Source: Macrostomum hystrix (lineage: Eukaryota > Animalia > Platyhelminthes). Taken from it: a stretch of DNA of 64,000 bases. The position numbers and the translations under genes are program-made. Location: NCBI GenBank assembly GCA_950097015.1, contig CATNEN010000039.1, positions 15,686,001 to 15,750,000 of the forward strand, read 5' to 3'. This document shows, piece after piece, positions 39,940-51,229 of this stretch; position 1 is the stretch's first letter; each line of letters opens with the position of its first letter. Below the pieces are notes generated by a model. The model searched no databases. It was not told the DNA's origin and saw only the letters and a list, made by a program, of their open reading frames with translations.

Positions 39940-40772
39940 TCAACAACAAAACCAAATAAACTGCGCAAGCAGCATCGTTAGCAGCGTCGTGCAGCCGAGC
40001 ACTACGGATACGAACAGCAAATTTTGGTGCGAAGCATCCACAGCGGTCGGGGTTGCAGGCGGAGTGTACAATGGGATACAATCTGATTTTACAGCGTTTG
40101 TTCTACATTCGTAGCGTTTGTGCTTAGAAAGTTCTTTTACATAAGTCATTAAAGATTCAAGCGATTTTTCACAGCCGATGACGGTTTTATAATGCCATTG
40201 AGGTACAGGCCTTTTAGCAACCATTTTAAAGCACTTTTCTGATGGAGGGCAAAAAATTTCATAGGGACCTTTCACTTCTTCTCTTTGAGGCTCATTGTCA
40301 TTCGGCAGCAATTTATAGTAGTCAAGGCATGGTACCAGATCACGTTCTAGATCATTGGTCAAGTTAAATACACTCGCTTTATTGCATTTATGACCCGTGC
40401 AGTCTTTGCAATATTTTGTAGCAGGACAGGCGCCGCAACCATATTTCAGTCCCTAAAAAAGTTTCCGCATAGGGCAAAATTTATAGGGCAAACTGTTGCT
40501 TCATGATTTCGAATTGATATGCTAGTTAAACTAGTTTAATTCATTTGGTCGCTCACCATTTCGTCAGTATTGGCAGTTGAACCTTCAGGTTGATAATCCA
40601 CGTAACACTTGGTGTCTTTGGCAGGAGTACAATCTGTATCAGTATCGTCATTCTTTTATACAGAAAATTTTACTCTTCTATTTTTCGACGAGATACATTT
40701 TATACAATCAGCCAGCTGAATGCCTCCAAGTGCAAGAAACACGCAAACAATAACCAGCTTCATAGTCGTCAT
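39940..40772 (-). pseudogene. Ly6/uPAR-like GPI-anchor-type protein, copy B, in-frame TAA in exon 1
   Basis: Exon 1 40772-40557 and exon 2 40452-39940. Same signal peptide and intron as copy A. TAA at 40658-40656 aligns with TAT (Tyr) in copy A. Ends in a Pro/Thr linker plus hydrophobic tail (LLFVSVVLGCTTLLTMLLAQFIWFCC). Confidence 0.72.
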
Positions 40773-41095
40773 GATTGCCAGCTTCGATTCCGAATAGCCC
40801 AGTTAGATTTGGTCGATTAGCTGGCAGGTGGCAGTTGAATTGCTGATCAGTTTTGCAACGGCTGAGTAGAATCGGCCAGAATGCTTAGTCGAGTGTTGTC
40901 AGTTGTTGGATTTGATTTTTCGTTTCGGGCCGCTGCCCCTTCAATATGCTGCAGAAAATGCAGGTCCGAGCCGGCTCGGTCTATAGCAGCGCTGGCTGAC
41001 ACAGGGGTGCCCGCCTTTTGTCTATGGCAAATTTCTGCTCTACTTTGCTTTTTTCATGCACGACTTTTCTGAGATGAACTTTTGTGTTGTACTAT

Positions 41096-43447
41096 TGATG
41101 TGGAGTGTGCTACGGGAATCGAGTGGGAATGTGAGCCAGCAGAATTTTTCAAATTTTAAGCAGTTAATAATCGCGACCCATCTAGCAGCTGGCCGCGAAG
41201 CAAGATCATTAATCTTAGGGCCGGGTTTGGGGCGGCGGTGAATTAAGTAGCCGTCGAATCCCCTCTCCCTGGATCTGTTCTAGCCCCCTGTAGGAATGAC
41301 TGATCGCGGGCCATAACTTTATTGCATGAGCTAGTTTAGGTCATAATTCCCCTCCAAACCGCGATCAGATGTTGGGAATCACTCGGGCATTACGTCGTAT
41401 GAGTGATCATTAATTCTTCATGTCCCCACTTCTTTACAGTATTCGAGCCTAGCTCGACTTTATGACCTCCTCTCTTAGATACATGTAAATGTCACTGTAG
41501 GCAGGTCGGCGCCTGCGCTTCCCATTGTCCTGGCGGAGTAACAATTATTGGCCGACTGCCGGCGGCTGCTCGTAAAGGAGCATCTGTCGTTTCTCGCCGC
41601 CGGTTCATTGGGTAATCGGGGTGGCCATCGCCGCTTCGATTCCTAGATGACAGGCTGGCGCGGATGTGGGTTATTTTGATGAATGTCGAGGTTGGCGTGC
41701 TGCAGGACTATTTAAGAAAGCGCGCTGCGCCGCCCCCAGTCACCCGCCGACCTCGGCCCAGAGACCTAACCGGCTTGCGGACCCGTCTTCCCCGACGGGC
41801 CTTCCGGACTTATCTCCCCCACTTAGGGCTTAGACCCTCGAGCTTTAAGCTCATCTAGCGCTCACAGGCTCATTGCCTGTCTATAAGCTCCTAATAGTAC
41901 AAGCCACCTCTTTAGGTGAGCTCTCGAATTAAGCCACTGAGCTCCACCGGTGTGTTGGCCCCTGCCAGCTCACACTTAGCCTTCCCCTCCTCTGTCCTTG
42001 CTGATCTTGCCCTGCCCTTCCCTCGAGAACTACAGAACTGCAGCACGCGATCGGCTTTCAGATAAGTAACCCGCGTAGCGGTCGTTTAATTGTTGCTCCT
42101 AAGGGATTATTCTGCTAGTTAGGCGGCACAATAGCGGGAACGGGCATTGGGGACTTTTAGCCTAATAAACTTTCAGCACTAGCCATTTAATTATACGTTA
42201 GGCCAAATTTTAATTACAACTTAAATCCTTTCACCTAGTGTTTGCCTCTATGTATATTTTCTCTACTAGACAGCCCTCAGCTATGAGTGGCTAATCTTCT
42301 AGGGGGTGGGCTCTGGTGAGGCCGAGATGAAGGCTGCGGCAGGATGGCAACTGTACGCGCGCATGAGAGTAATAAGAAGCTAGGGATTCGCGGGCAGATG
42401 CGGAGCGCAGCATGTGCATCTCTGCCGGGGTGTGGGGGATTCCTTGGCGGGTTTTCCTCTCTTCCTGGCGGGTCAAAGGGTACGTGTCAAACTCCCTTGC
42501 CAATGGAGTTCCCCTTCTTTTCCCCCTCCTCTCGCAACTGCGGCCACGGGAGCGAGAGTGATGACCTAATAATCTTTCGCTTGCTTAATCACTCAGCCAG
42601 TTGTTCTGCTTAATCTCTCCAGCCTCTGATCTCCTCAACTCGCACAGATTCGGATTTGTTGGTTACTTAATGTGTAGGCTGCAGTCTAATGTATGGAATG
42701 TGCCTGATGTGCTATGAGTAGGATTCCGGCTATGGATTCTCATTCAAGTTCTTAGTACCACCTTTCTAGACCCCTGTAGCGCGAATTCAGGAATCCCCTT
42801 TGAGGCGTGTCTCGATCCATTCTGGGGCTCTCACCCCAGTCTAAAACGGAAGTTGCAGAATGCCCTATTTTTTCGGCTTGTCTAGATCTGCGTGATAAAC
42901 TAGGATCTGTGTACTCCGGGGACCCAAGTTCCCAAATGTCTGCGGTGGCAACGTAGGCGCATTGGGTGGTGGCGCTACCCTCGATCAACTACCCGCTTTG
43001 CCGATAGCCTTTCCGCAGTTCTGTGACAAGAGCCTGGGCCGTTTCGACCACCGCTACCAAGGTTAGGAGTCAGTTGCGCACGTGCTACTGACGACAGTAG
43101 GCTGTCTAGCCCTGTCCTGTCCGATTCCGGGCAGTCCGACACCTCTCCTTAGACTTTTAGCCGGTTTCGAGCACTGCTTGGGGTAGGCACGGCAGTCATG
43201 CCTGTGGCCTATGGGACGAGTGGGACTGGCCAGCCTGAGGCCGATAGGACCACTCCCTGCATCTACTGAACCTCCTCGTCTCTCCCTTCATCTCCTCTCT
43301 CTCCCCGCGACATCTCGCGAGTAGCTAGGCGGACTTTTGAACGACTCTGTCGCCCGCCTCTAGCAGTCATTGATCATGAGGGCAGGTCAGCGGTTGCAAA
43401 ACACCCAAACCATGTCAGGATGATTTTCTCCATGACAACCCATTTCA
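41096..43447. mobile_element. 2352-bp solo-LTR-like insertion (TG...CA) with 4-bp TSD CTAT
   Basis: Absent from the paralogous empty site at ~34325-34335. Ends TGATGTGG / CCATTTCA are imperfect inverted repeats. CTAT at 41092-41095 and 43448-43451. No convincing coding ORF. Confidence 0.82.
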
Positions 43448-43980
43448 CTATTAGAAATCTTTCTAGCTTATTGGAGTTTCTCTCTAACAAAGAAGCATTG
43501 CACTTTACAAGCATCGAATGTATGTTTCCCATGGGCCCATATTTGACAGACTTTTTAGACAGAGCCAGGTTAACGAAAGCTAGTGACTTTTCTTCAATCA
43601 CATCAAATCGTTCTTTCTCCGATTCCTCCGCACCTCAGATCCCGCATCCTATGCCACAGATCCCATATCCCAGAAAATACATCCAATAGGGGATACGCTA
43701 ATCCTACATCCGAGATCCTATATCTCATTCGACAGACCTCAGATCCCAAATCGCAGTTCCTGAATCGCACATTCCGAATCGTGATTGAAAAAGCACTTTC
43801 AAGTTCCTATCAACCCGAATAATAATAGAGAGCGGAGGGACAGGATTTTGAAGTGTCTGGGTGGGGTCTCACAATGAGTCATGCTCATGGGATTGTCTAT
43901 ACACTGTTCTTACCACCACTTTGCAAAACGATGCTGCGGAAGCAACGACTGACAAGACTGAAGAGGCACAAAGAAAAGTC

Positions 43981-44260
43981 TTGGGTGTCTAACAGTATTG
44001 GGTGTCTAACAGTATTGGGTGTCTAACAGTATTGGGTGTCTAACAGTATTGGGTGTCTAACAGTATTGGGTGTCTAACAGTATTGGGTGTCTAACAGTAT
44101 TGGGTGTCTAACAGTATTGGGTGACTAACAGTATTGGGTGTCTAACAGTATTGGGTGTCTAACAGTATTGGGTGTCTAACAGTATTGGGTGTCTAACAGT
44201 ATTGGGTGTCTAACAGTATTGGGTGTCTAACAGTATTGGGTGTCTAACAGTATTGGGTGT
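43981..44260. repeat. 17-bp minisatellite (TTGGGTGTCTAACAGTA)
   Basis: About 16 almost perfect units. Confidence 0.97.
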
Positions 44261-44910
44261 CCTCCCCCCTCCCCCCTCCCCCCCAAGGACATTGGAAAAA
44301 CCAAAACCAATGACCATAGTCAATGTTCATTATTGTTTCATTATTGTTGATTATTGTTCTGCGTACATAAGGCAGAAGGTACATAAGGTACATAAGAAAA
44401 ACATCGATCAATGAACCGCATTCTGCACAGTGCACTTTTATGACATATTTGCAAACAGGTCAATTATTTGTTATAGAAGTTTTAACATAAAATTAAGAAA
44501 TAGTGTTTCTTTTCGGCTTTTCCACGAAATTGCCTTGTTTATGGAGGTTACTTTCCTAAAATGTTGACACTACCTAGTAAACTAGTTCCCTAGCATCTAT
44601 CCACCTAGCACCTAACAACACCATATGCATGCACATAGTACGTGTAAGATGATTCCTTGACCTCTTCTGTCAACTCCTGCGCGCCTGCGTGGTGCCGGGG
44701 CTACGTGTCGGCGCCGTGGAGAGAGGCCTGGGTGGCCCACCTGAACGGCTGCCGACGCTCTGCGTCAGGAAAGGGGCCCCCCAGCGCGGACTTTGACTTA
44801 CTTGACTTAGCGGCAGGGAGCCTCCATGACGGACGCAGCGAGGAGGCGGCTGATGCCGCCCATATCGCTAACCCCTGGCAGCCAGACAGTTTCCAGCGAG
44901 GCGGTGCCGC

Positions 44911-47900
44911 TCAGGGTGGTCCGTCGGTCGATTCCGCCGCGCGATCTTCCTCGCCATAGGCTGGGAAGAAATCAGCTCGGCCGGTATCCCGGAGGAAGTG
45001 GGCGAGCTGTGGGATGTTCTCGGGCGAGCAGGCTTCGGCGAGAGTCGGTGCCGGCCCGAGATGTTTTAGCCTGGCCCGGGTGAAGGCCGGGCAGTGGCAG
45101 ATGAAATGCTCTGCATTTTCGCGTCCGGAGCAGCAGAAGGGACACGTTTCCTCAGGCACGTGGCCTTGAAGGTAGCGGTGTCTGGTGAAGCAGCCATGTC
45201 CCGAAAGAGCCATAGTGACTGCTCTTAGGTCTCTGCGGTTAAGCCTGAGTAAGGCCTTACGCAGGTTACTAGAGGGGGTTGGCACCGCAGCCCTGGACTG
45301 GCGACAGTTCAGGGTGCTGGACCACCTCCTCCGGTGCTGGGTCTCCATCCAGCAGTTGATGCTGGAGTTGACAACTGAGATGGGGATCGGGGACTTCGGG
45401 CCCGGGCCCATCAGGGAGCTGGCTGCTCCAGCCTTAGCAAGCTGGTCCGCCATCTCATTCCCTGTGAACCCGGCATGCCCAGGGATCCATAGCAGCTCCA
45501 CCTTGTTAGACTGCGCCAACCCGTTTAACTGGTTGTTGCAGTCCAAGGTGGTTCTGGAGCGAGAGGTGCAGCGGCTGAGGGCCTTGAGGGCTGCTTGACT
45601 GTCGGAGTGAAAAAAGATCCTCCGACCAGCCAGCTGCCTCTGGCGCAGCTCAGCCGCACAGAAGCTGATGGCGAGCACTTCGTTTTGGAAAACGCTAGAG
45701 CTCTTGCCACAGTATTGGGAGTGGGTCCAGAGGACCTCACCACCCGAGGCGACGCACACTCCGAATCCCGATTTACCGTTCATCAGAGAGCCGTCAGTGT
45801 AACAGTGGACTGCCGGGTCATCCCAGCAGTCCTTTACCTCATTACGAGGGGAGATGCTGACTTTGTACCTGTGGCTCCGGAGTAAAGTGGCCGGGGCCCC
45901 GTCCGAAAGGATGGTGAGCCCTCCGCACTCGCCCAGAGTTTTCAGGCAAAGGTCAGAGTGAGGCAGAAGGGAGCGCTTCGAGAAGGCTCGCGAATTCTGG
46001 AAGGAGACACCCGCATCAAGAAGACGACGGGTGGACTTTGCTGCTTCCCCCTTGACGAAAATGTCAATGGGTGTAGCGTTGAGGAAAGCATTCATGCCTT
46101 CGAAGGGAGTGGAGGGTGGGGCGCCCAGCGTCATACGACAGGCTCTGCCCTGCACCCTATAAAGCGCCTCCAGGTTTTTCTGGATGCCCATGGCGCTGGC
46201 CCAGATGAGGCCAGCGTAAGCGACGGACGGTCTAATGATCGCCGTGTAAATCCACCAAAGGTTCTTGGGGGTTAGCCCCCAGGTGGTGCCCACGGCACGC
46301 CTGACTTGCGCCAGTATGGCCAGGGCCCTCTTGGCCTTTGTGGACATGTGTGGGGTCCAGTTAAGCCTATGGTCTAGCACGAGACCAAGGCACCGGACCT
46401 GCTTTTCCATGGCAATATTCTTGCCATAGAGAGTCAGAGGCTTAATGGTCCAGAGCAGTTTGCTGGTAAACATAACCGCAACGGTCTTGGACTCAGAGAG
46501 TCGGAGCCCGCATTGGTCCGCCCAGCGCACCGCCCTGTTGATAAAGCCCTGGATGAGGTCTCTGGTGGTTTCCGCCGAGGGGCCCGCGCAGATGGCGGTC
46601 ACATCGTCGGCATATCCCACCTTCAGGACTGGGTCTGGACGAGTGCTTTTCAGCAGCTCATCCATGACGAGATTCCACAGCAGTGGGGTGAGGACGCCGC
46701 CTTGGGGCCCTCCTTTTAGGACAGGTGCCGAGAGCAGCCTTCCTTCGAGGTGGGCCACCACGTGGCGATTCCGGATCATGTACATGACCCAGCGAACGAG
46801 GTGGGGGTGAGTGGCCCTGGAGACCAGGGCCTCCTCAAAAGCTTCGAAAACAACGTTATCGAAGGCCCCCTCAATGTCTAGGAAGACAGCCAGGGCAAAA
46901 CCGCTGCCCAGCACTGCCTTCTCGAGAGTCTCCACGATGCAGTGGAGGGCGCTCTCCGTGGACCGGCCCGCCCGAAAGGCGTGCTGGTTTGGGGAGAGCG
47001 GGGCCCGCCCTAGCTCTACAGTAAGAAGGCGCCAAAGCACCAGTCTTTCCATGAGCTTGAGGCAGGTGGAAGTCAAACTTATCGGGCGATAGGACTTGAC
47101 CGAGCGATAGTCGCCTTTGGCGGGCTTCGGGATGAAGACGACCCGGGCTTCGTGCCACAGCGCTGGTACATAGCCCAGCACGATGCAGGCCCGTAGAAGT
47201 CTGCAGAGGAGATGGAGGAAGCGGCCATTTTTGACCGCTTCATGCAAAAAGGCCGGATAAATACCATCTGGCCCAGGTGCTTTGAAAGGGTTGAATGACT
47301 TTGCCGCGCGAACGATGCGGTCATTCGTGACGAGTGACTGAGCCAGGCCCTGACCTCCACGTGAGTGGTCGTCTGGGCCAAAGTGCGCCGGTACACTCGG
47401 GAAGAAATGCCCTAGCATAAGCTCGAGCGTTTCCTCCGGGCGCTCCGTGATCGAGCCGTCTGGCTTTTTGATCGATGAGAGCTTGGAGAAGCGGTCGTTG
47501 GTGAGCGCCTTTACCACGCGGGCCGTGGGCCGCGAGCCCTCAAGCCCTTCGCAGTATTGCCGCCACTTGTCCGCTTTTGCCCTTCTGACCCGGCCCTTAA
47601 ACTCATGGATGGCGCGAGTATAGGCCTCTTTGTCATCAGGGTCGTGCGAGATTTTCAGCCTCCTCTGGAGAGCCTTTGCTCGGCGTCTCAGGACTCCGAG
47701 CTCGGGGTTCCACCAGGGGGCCGATTTTTTGCCTTTGTAGGCTTTGAGCGGGCAAGCCATTTCGTAGGCCTCTGTGATGGCGCCGCCCAGCAGGGCAGCC
47801 ACTCCATCTAGGTCCTGCGTGGTTGCCATGGCCATGGAGGGGTCGGAATCCCGAAGGCCCTCATGCAGCTTTTGGCTGAACACGGGCCAGTCGGTGTTTC

Positions 47901-48615
47901 TGACATTACGCCTCCAGATAGGCTTTTGCTTCTTATCGGGGGTACCGATGTTGAAGCGAATGAAGCGGTGGTCCGAGAGCGAGCTTTCGGTCTCCCACAC
48001 CTCCCACCCCAGCACCCTTGGGAGGATGCCGGGTGAGGCCAGGGTGACGTCAAGCACCTCAGCCCACCGCCCATTGTCGAACGTGGGCGTGTTGCCCACA
48101 TTACAGAAGTTAAGAGGCGTGCCGCTAACGAAGGCCAGGAGCTCTTCGCCGCGGTCATTGATTTTTGAGCTACCCCAGTGGGTGTGATGCGAGTTTGCAT
48201 CTCCCGCGAGGAGCAGCTCAAAATTTCGTGCCCTGGCGAAATCACAGAGGGCGACGAGGGTATCGCTGACCACGGGGGCGTCGCCTGCCAGGTAGGCGGA
48301 TGCCACGAGGGTCAACTTGTTGGGCACAATGTGTGCAGATTGGATGACGCAGATGTCCCCGTTAGAGAGATCGGGTCTCATCCACGCATTTAAGGCTTTT
48401 GCAGCATAGATCAGTGATCTAGGGCGGACAGAGTCTGCCATGCAGAAGCAGTCATAGCCAGCAGGAATGTTACTTGGCTTGTTTTTTGATAACCAGGGCT
48501 CCTGCACAAGTACAAGGCCCGGCATCGTGCGCTCTGTCGTGCGCATCAAATTGACTGATGCTGCCACGCAGTGCTGGGTGTTAACTTGCAGACATGATAT
48601 TCCGGGGATCATCAT
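44911..48615 (-). CDS. LINE ORF2: AP endonuclease - reverse transcriptase - RNase H - CCHC finger (1234 aa)
   Basis: APE: QEPW, GDAN, TPTF, LDVTL, SDH. RT: [36 protein letters not shown]. RNase H: YTDGS, SDSQAAL, WIPGH, GNEMAD. C-terminal CPFC...HFIC. Confidence 0.97.
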   Translation of the reverse strand: MMIPGISCLQVNTQHCVAASVNLMRTTERTMPGLVLVQEPWLSKNKPSNIPAGYDCFCMADSVRPRSLIYAAKALNAWMRPDLSNGDICVIQSAHIVPNKLTLVASAYLAGDAPVVSDTLVALCDFARARNFELLLAGDANSHHTHWGSSKINDRGEELLAFVSGTPLNFCNVGNTPTFDNGRWAEVLDVTLASPGILPRVLGWEVWETESSLSDHRFIRFNIGTPDKKQKPIWRRNVRNTDWPVFSQKLHEGLRDSDPSMAMATTQDLDGVAALLGGAITEAYEMACPLKAYKGKKSAPWWNPELGVLRRRAKALQRRLKISHDPDDKEAYTRAIHEFKGRVRRAKADKWRQYCEGLEGSRPTARVVKALTNDRFSKLSSIKKPDGSITERPEETLELMLGHFFPSVPAHFGPDDHSRGGQGLAQSLVTNDRIVRAAKSFNPFKAPGPDGIYPAFLHEAVKNGRFLHLLCRLLRACIVLGYVPALWHEARVVFIPKPAKGDYRSVKSYRPISLTSTCLKLMERLVLWRLLTVELGRAPLSPNQHAFRAGRSTESALHCIVETLEKAVLGSGFALAVFLDIEGAFDNVVFEAFEEALVSRATHPHLVRWVMYMIRNRHVVAHLEGRLLSAPVLKGGPQGGVLTPLLWNLVMDELLKSTRPDPVLKVGYADDVTAICAGPSAETTRDLIQGFINRAVRWADQCGLRLSESKTVAVMFTSKLLWTIKPLTLYGKNIAMEKQVRCLGLVLDHRLNWTPHMSTKAKRALAILAQVRRAVGTTWGLTPKNLWWIYTAIIRPSVAYAGLIWASAMGIQKNLEALYRVQGRACRMTLGAPPSTPFEGMNAFLNATPIDIFVKGEAAKSTRRLLDAGVSFQNSRAFSKRSLLPHSDLCLKTLGECGGLTILSDGAPATLLRSHRYKVSISPRNEVKDCWDDPAVHCYTDGSLMNGKSGFGVCVASGGEVLWTHSQYCGKSSSVFQNEVLAISFCAAELRQRQLAGRRIFFHSDSQAALKALSRCTSRSRTTLDCNNQLNGLAQSNKVELLWIPGHAGFTGNEMADQLAKAGAASSLMGPGPKSPIPISVVNSSINCWMETQHRRRWSSTLNCRQSRAAVPTPSSNLRKALLRLNRRDLRAVTMALSGHGCFTRHRYLQGHVPEETCPFCCSGRENAEHFICHCPAFTRARLKHLGPAPTLAEACSPENIPQLAHFLRDTGRADFFPAYGEEDRAAESTDGPP

Positions 48616-48627
48616 GCAGGCAGAGGT

Positions 48628-50175
48628 CTACTTGGAGGGGGACTCAGCCAGAAGGCGGTCCTCCTCCTCCGGGTCGATGTCGGTAGCCATGGGCTCCTCC
48701 GTGCCCCGGCCCCGAGCCAGAGGCGGGAACTCGACGGGGTCAGCCGCCCAGTCCCCACCCCCGGCCCTGAGCCCAGGCCCAGAGTCACCCTCAACCGGTG
48801 CCGACACCGCACCCTGGGCCGTGGGAGGGGCGCTCGAAGGGCCCTGCTCGATGGAGCTGGGCACCTTAGAGGCCTCCCCCGTAGCCCTTGGTTGCGGCGC
48901 CTGCCCCGGTGGGCCACCGCGCATCTCAGCGCGCAGCTGGGCCATCCTGGCGGTTCGCACCACCTCGGAGGCCCGCTGGAGAAGGCCCCGGCGCTTTGTG
49001 ATGCGCGCGGGGCGACGCTCAGAGCTGCCAGCGATGGCACGCTCTGGCCTTTTTTGGCGAGACGACTGGGCCCTGCCCCCAGTCCCAACCTCGGGGTCCG
49101 AGGACCCTTCAGTGGCCGGTACGGTGGTGGGCCCGGTCTGACCTCGAGATTTATCTGCCTCGAAGGCGAAGATTTTGGTCTTCCACAGACCGATGCAGAT
49201 GTTGGCGCCATCTGGGTAACGGCGTGTCCATTGCTCGGACAGGCCCAGAATGGCGGTAAACCCGGTGCCATCGGGGCGCAGGATCGTGCGGTGCACGATC
49301 AGGCCCGCTGTCGGCAGCTCCCGGTTCATCGCGATGAGGCCCATGCGGAGGTCCTCAGCGCTGGTGACGACACTTTTCGCCGGGACGAAAATGCGGTGTC
49401 GCTTGGTCTTTGGTGGCTCGTTCTCCCGGAGGAAGTCGAGGCCAGCCGCCCAGCTCTGCGTGGGCAGCAACTCAAGGAGCCGCCGCCCTGATTCCGCGTC
49501 GCCGGGCCAGACGACGAAGCACGATTCCCTGGTAGCGCTTGCGCCGACCGCCAGGGGCTCGCCCTTCAGTTGGAGTTGCCACAGCATAGCATCTATGTTG
49601 CGGCAAATGTTGCTGAGCTGTTCGCTGCTCAGCCTTTTTCCGTCTCTGCCGGTGATGACAACGGCAGGTTGCCTACGTGCGATGGCGGCGTAGGTGGCAT
49701 GTGGTCCCGGGCCCTGTCCGGTGGCGACCCCACCCTCGGGATCAGCGTCGGCGGTGGGCACAGGGCCCTCTGCCTCCGCTTCTCCTTCAGGCCGAGCCGC
49801 CGTCCGGATGGGCGCCGGGACCTCCTTGGCCCGCGACCCTGGCCTCGAGGCGTCGTGGGCTCCGCCCCGTGCAGGAGCCTGGGCAGGAGGCGCAAGGCCC
49901 CCCGCCCCAGCCCCCGCCCTAGGCAGAGCCCCTTCGGCCCCTCTGGTCTGGGCCCGGTCCTCGGTCGATGGAGCCGGCTTGCCGTGGGCCATTAAGCGCC
50001 TACGACGCTTTGCCGCTTTAGAGGTTGAGGAGCGCTTAGCGCCCCGGTCATCGCGCGAGTTGGGCAGCGCGGCATTTGTGGCGGTCGCGGGGCCAGCTAG
50101 CCCGGGCGCCGCAGCGTGTATGGCCTCGGGCACCATGGTGTCCTCGGCCGGAGCAGTTGGTAGGCTGGAAGCCAT
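48628..50175 (-). CDS. LINE ORF1 (gag-like, no CCHC knuckle seen; possibly DUF4780-like)
   Basis: Open frame from ATG 50175 to 12 nt before the ORF2 ATG; basic AKRRRR motif and a TYAAIA motif followed by a globular region. Confidence 0.85.
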   Translation of the reverse strand: MASSLPTAPAEDTMVPEAIHAAAPGLAGPATATNAALPNSRDDRGAKRSSTSKAAKRRRRLMAHGKPAPSTEDRAQTRGAEGALPRAGAGAGGLAPPAQAPARGGAHDASRPGSRAKEVPAPIRTAARPEGEAEAEGPVPTADADPEGGVATGQGPGPHATYAAIARRQPAVVITGRDGKRLSSEQLSNICRNIDAMLWQLQLKGEPLAVGASATRESCFVVWPGDAESGRRLLELLPTQSWAAGLDFLRENEPPKTKRHRIFVPAKSVVTSAEDLRMGLIAMNRELPTAGLIVHRTILRPDGTGFTAILGLSEQWTRRYPDGANICIGLWKTKIFAFEADKSRGQTGPTTVPATEGSSDPEVGTGGRAQSSRQKRPERAIAGSSERRPARITKRRGLLQRASEVVRTARMAQLRAEMRGGPPGQAPQPRATGEASKVPSSIEQGPSSAPPTAQGAVSAPVEGDSGPGLRAGGGDWAADPVEFPPLARGRGTEEPMATDIDPEEEDRLLAESPSK

Positions 50176-50408
50176 TTGAAAGCTGCAATGAGGAGAGGGG
50201 CTTCCTGTAGACACAGGCAGGAATAACCCGCTCAGCCGCGATCCCAAAGCTGAGCGGGGGCAGCCAAAAAAGACAAGTTACAACCCGGGGTGGGATGCCA
50301 GGACCACCGGGAGGAACCGTAGGAGGCCAGACTACTCCCTGGTCAAGCGTCCATCAGCACGGTCAACACTGGGACATTAGAGGACGCTATTTGGCCAGCG
50401 CCGAGGCC

Positions 50409-50962
50409 TGCGGACTGGCCGCATACCCTGTTAAGGTCAAAGGGTGACACCTTTCCCTCAGAGCCGAAGCCAGAGGTACCTGATCACGCACAGGTGCACG
50501 AACGCTGCGGACTGGCCGCATACCCTGTTAAGATCAAAGGGTGACACCTTTCCCTTAGAGCCGTAGCCAGAGGTACCTGATCACGCACAGGTGCACGAAC
50601 GCTGCGGACTGGCCGCATACCCTGTTAAGGTCAAAGGGTGACACCTTTTCCTCAGAGCCGTAGCCAGAGGTACCTGATCACGCACAGGTGCACGAACGCT
50701 GCGGACTGGCCGCATACCCTGTTAAGGTCAAAGGGTGACACCTTTCCCTCAGAGCCGTAGCCAGAGGTACCTGATCACGCACAGGTGCACGAACGCTGCG
50801 GACTGGCCGCATACCCTGTTAAGGTCAAAGGGTGACACCTTTCCCTCAGAGCCGTAGCCAGAGGTACCTGATCACGCACAGGTGCACGAACGCTGCGGAC
50901 TGGCCGCATACCCTATTAAGGTCAAAGGGTGACACCTTTCCCTCCAACCGGGGCTAGAGGTA
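50409..50962 (-). repeat. 97-bp tandem repeat (~5.7 copies) in the LINE 5' UTR
   Basis: TGCGGACTGGCCGCATACCC... starts at 50409, 50506, 50603, 50700, 50797 and 50894. Confidence 0.96.
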
Positions 50963-51229
50963 CCCAGTTAGGCCGGAGGCCCTGGATGGGTCGTCCAGCG
51001 CTGTTGCCCATTCTGTCCGGCTGCCCTAGGGTCAGCCTTGAACACTCGCGGGACGTGTACCCATGGGTCAGCTGACGGGACAACGTGGAGAGGATTCCTT
51101 CACCCGGAGGCACAGGTCTCCTTCCTGCCAAACCTGCTCAAAAAACTACTGCAGGTGTGAGGCATCGCAGACCTTAGCCCGTAGGCCTGGTCTGACTCAT
51201 ACCACACAGGCATTGTGTCCCGCCGGTGC

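Larger units (their letters stand above)
44648..51200 (-). mobile_element. Apparently full-length non-LTR retrotransposon (LOA/R1-type, RNase H-containing)
   Basis: Two open ORFs, a GC-rich 3' UTR to ~44648 and a long 5' UTR with tandem repeats. The exact 5' boundary and TSD are not resolved. Confidence 0.9.

Noticed and set aside
40656-40658. TAA aligned to Tyr as a sign of a variant genetic code
   Set aside because: A single TAT>TAA change; other genes in the window translate normally and the GPCR at 58139 ends in TAA.
43085-43115. CTGACGA hammerhead-like core in the solo LTR
   Set aside because: No GAAA after the putative stem II; explained by a simple CTACTG/CAGTAG hairpin.
44640-51059. 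ACGTGTA at 44640-44646 and 51053-51059 as LINE TSD
   Set aside because: Only 7 bp, and the GC-rich structured sequence continues past 51059 unlike the AT-rich left flank; probably chance.
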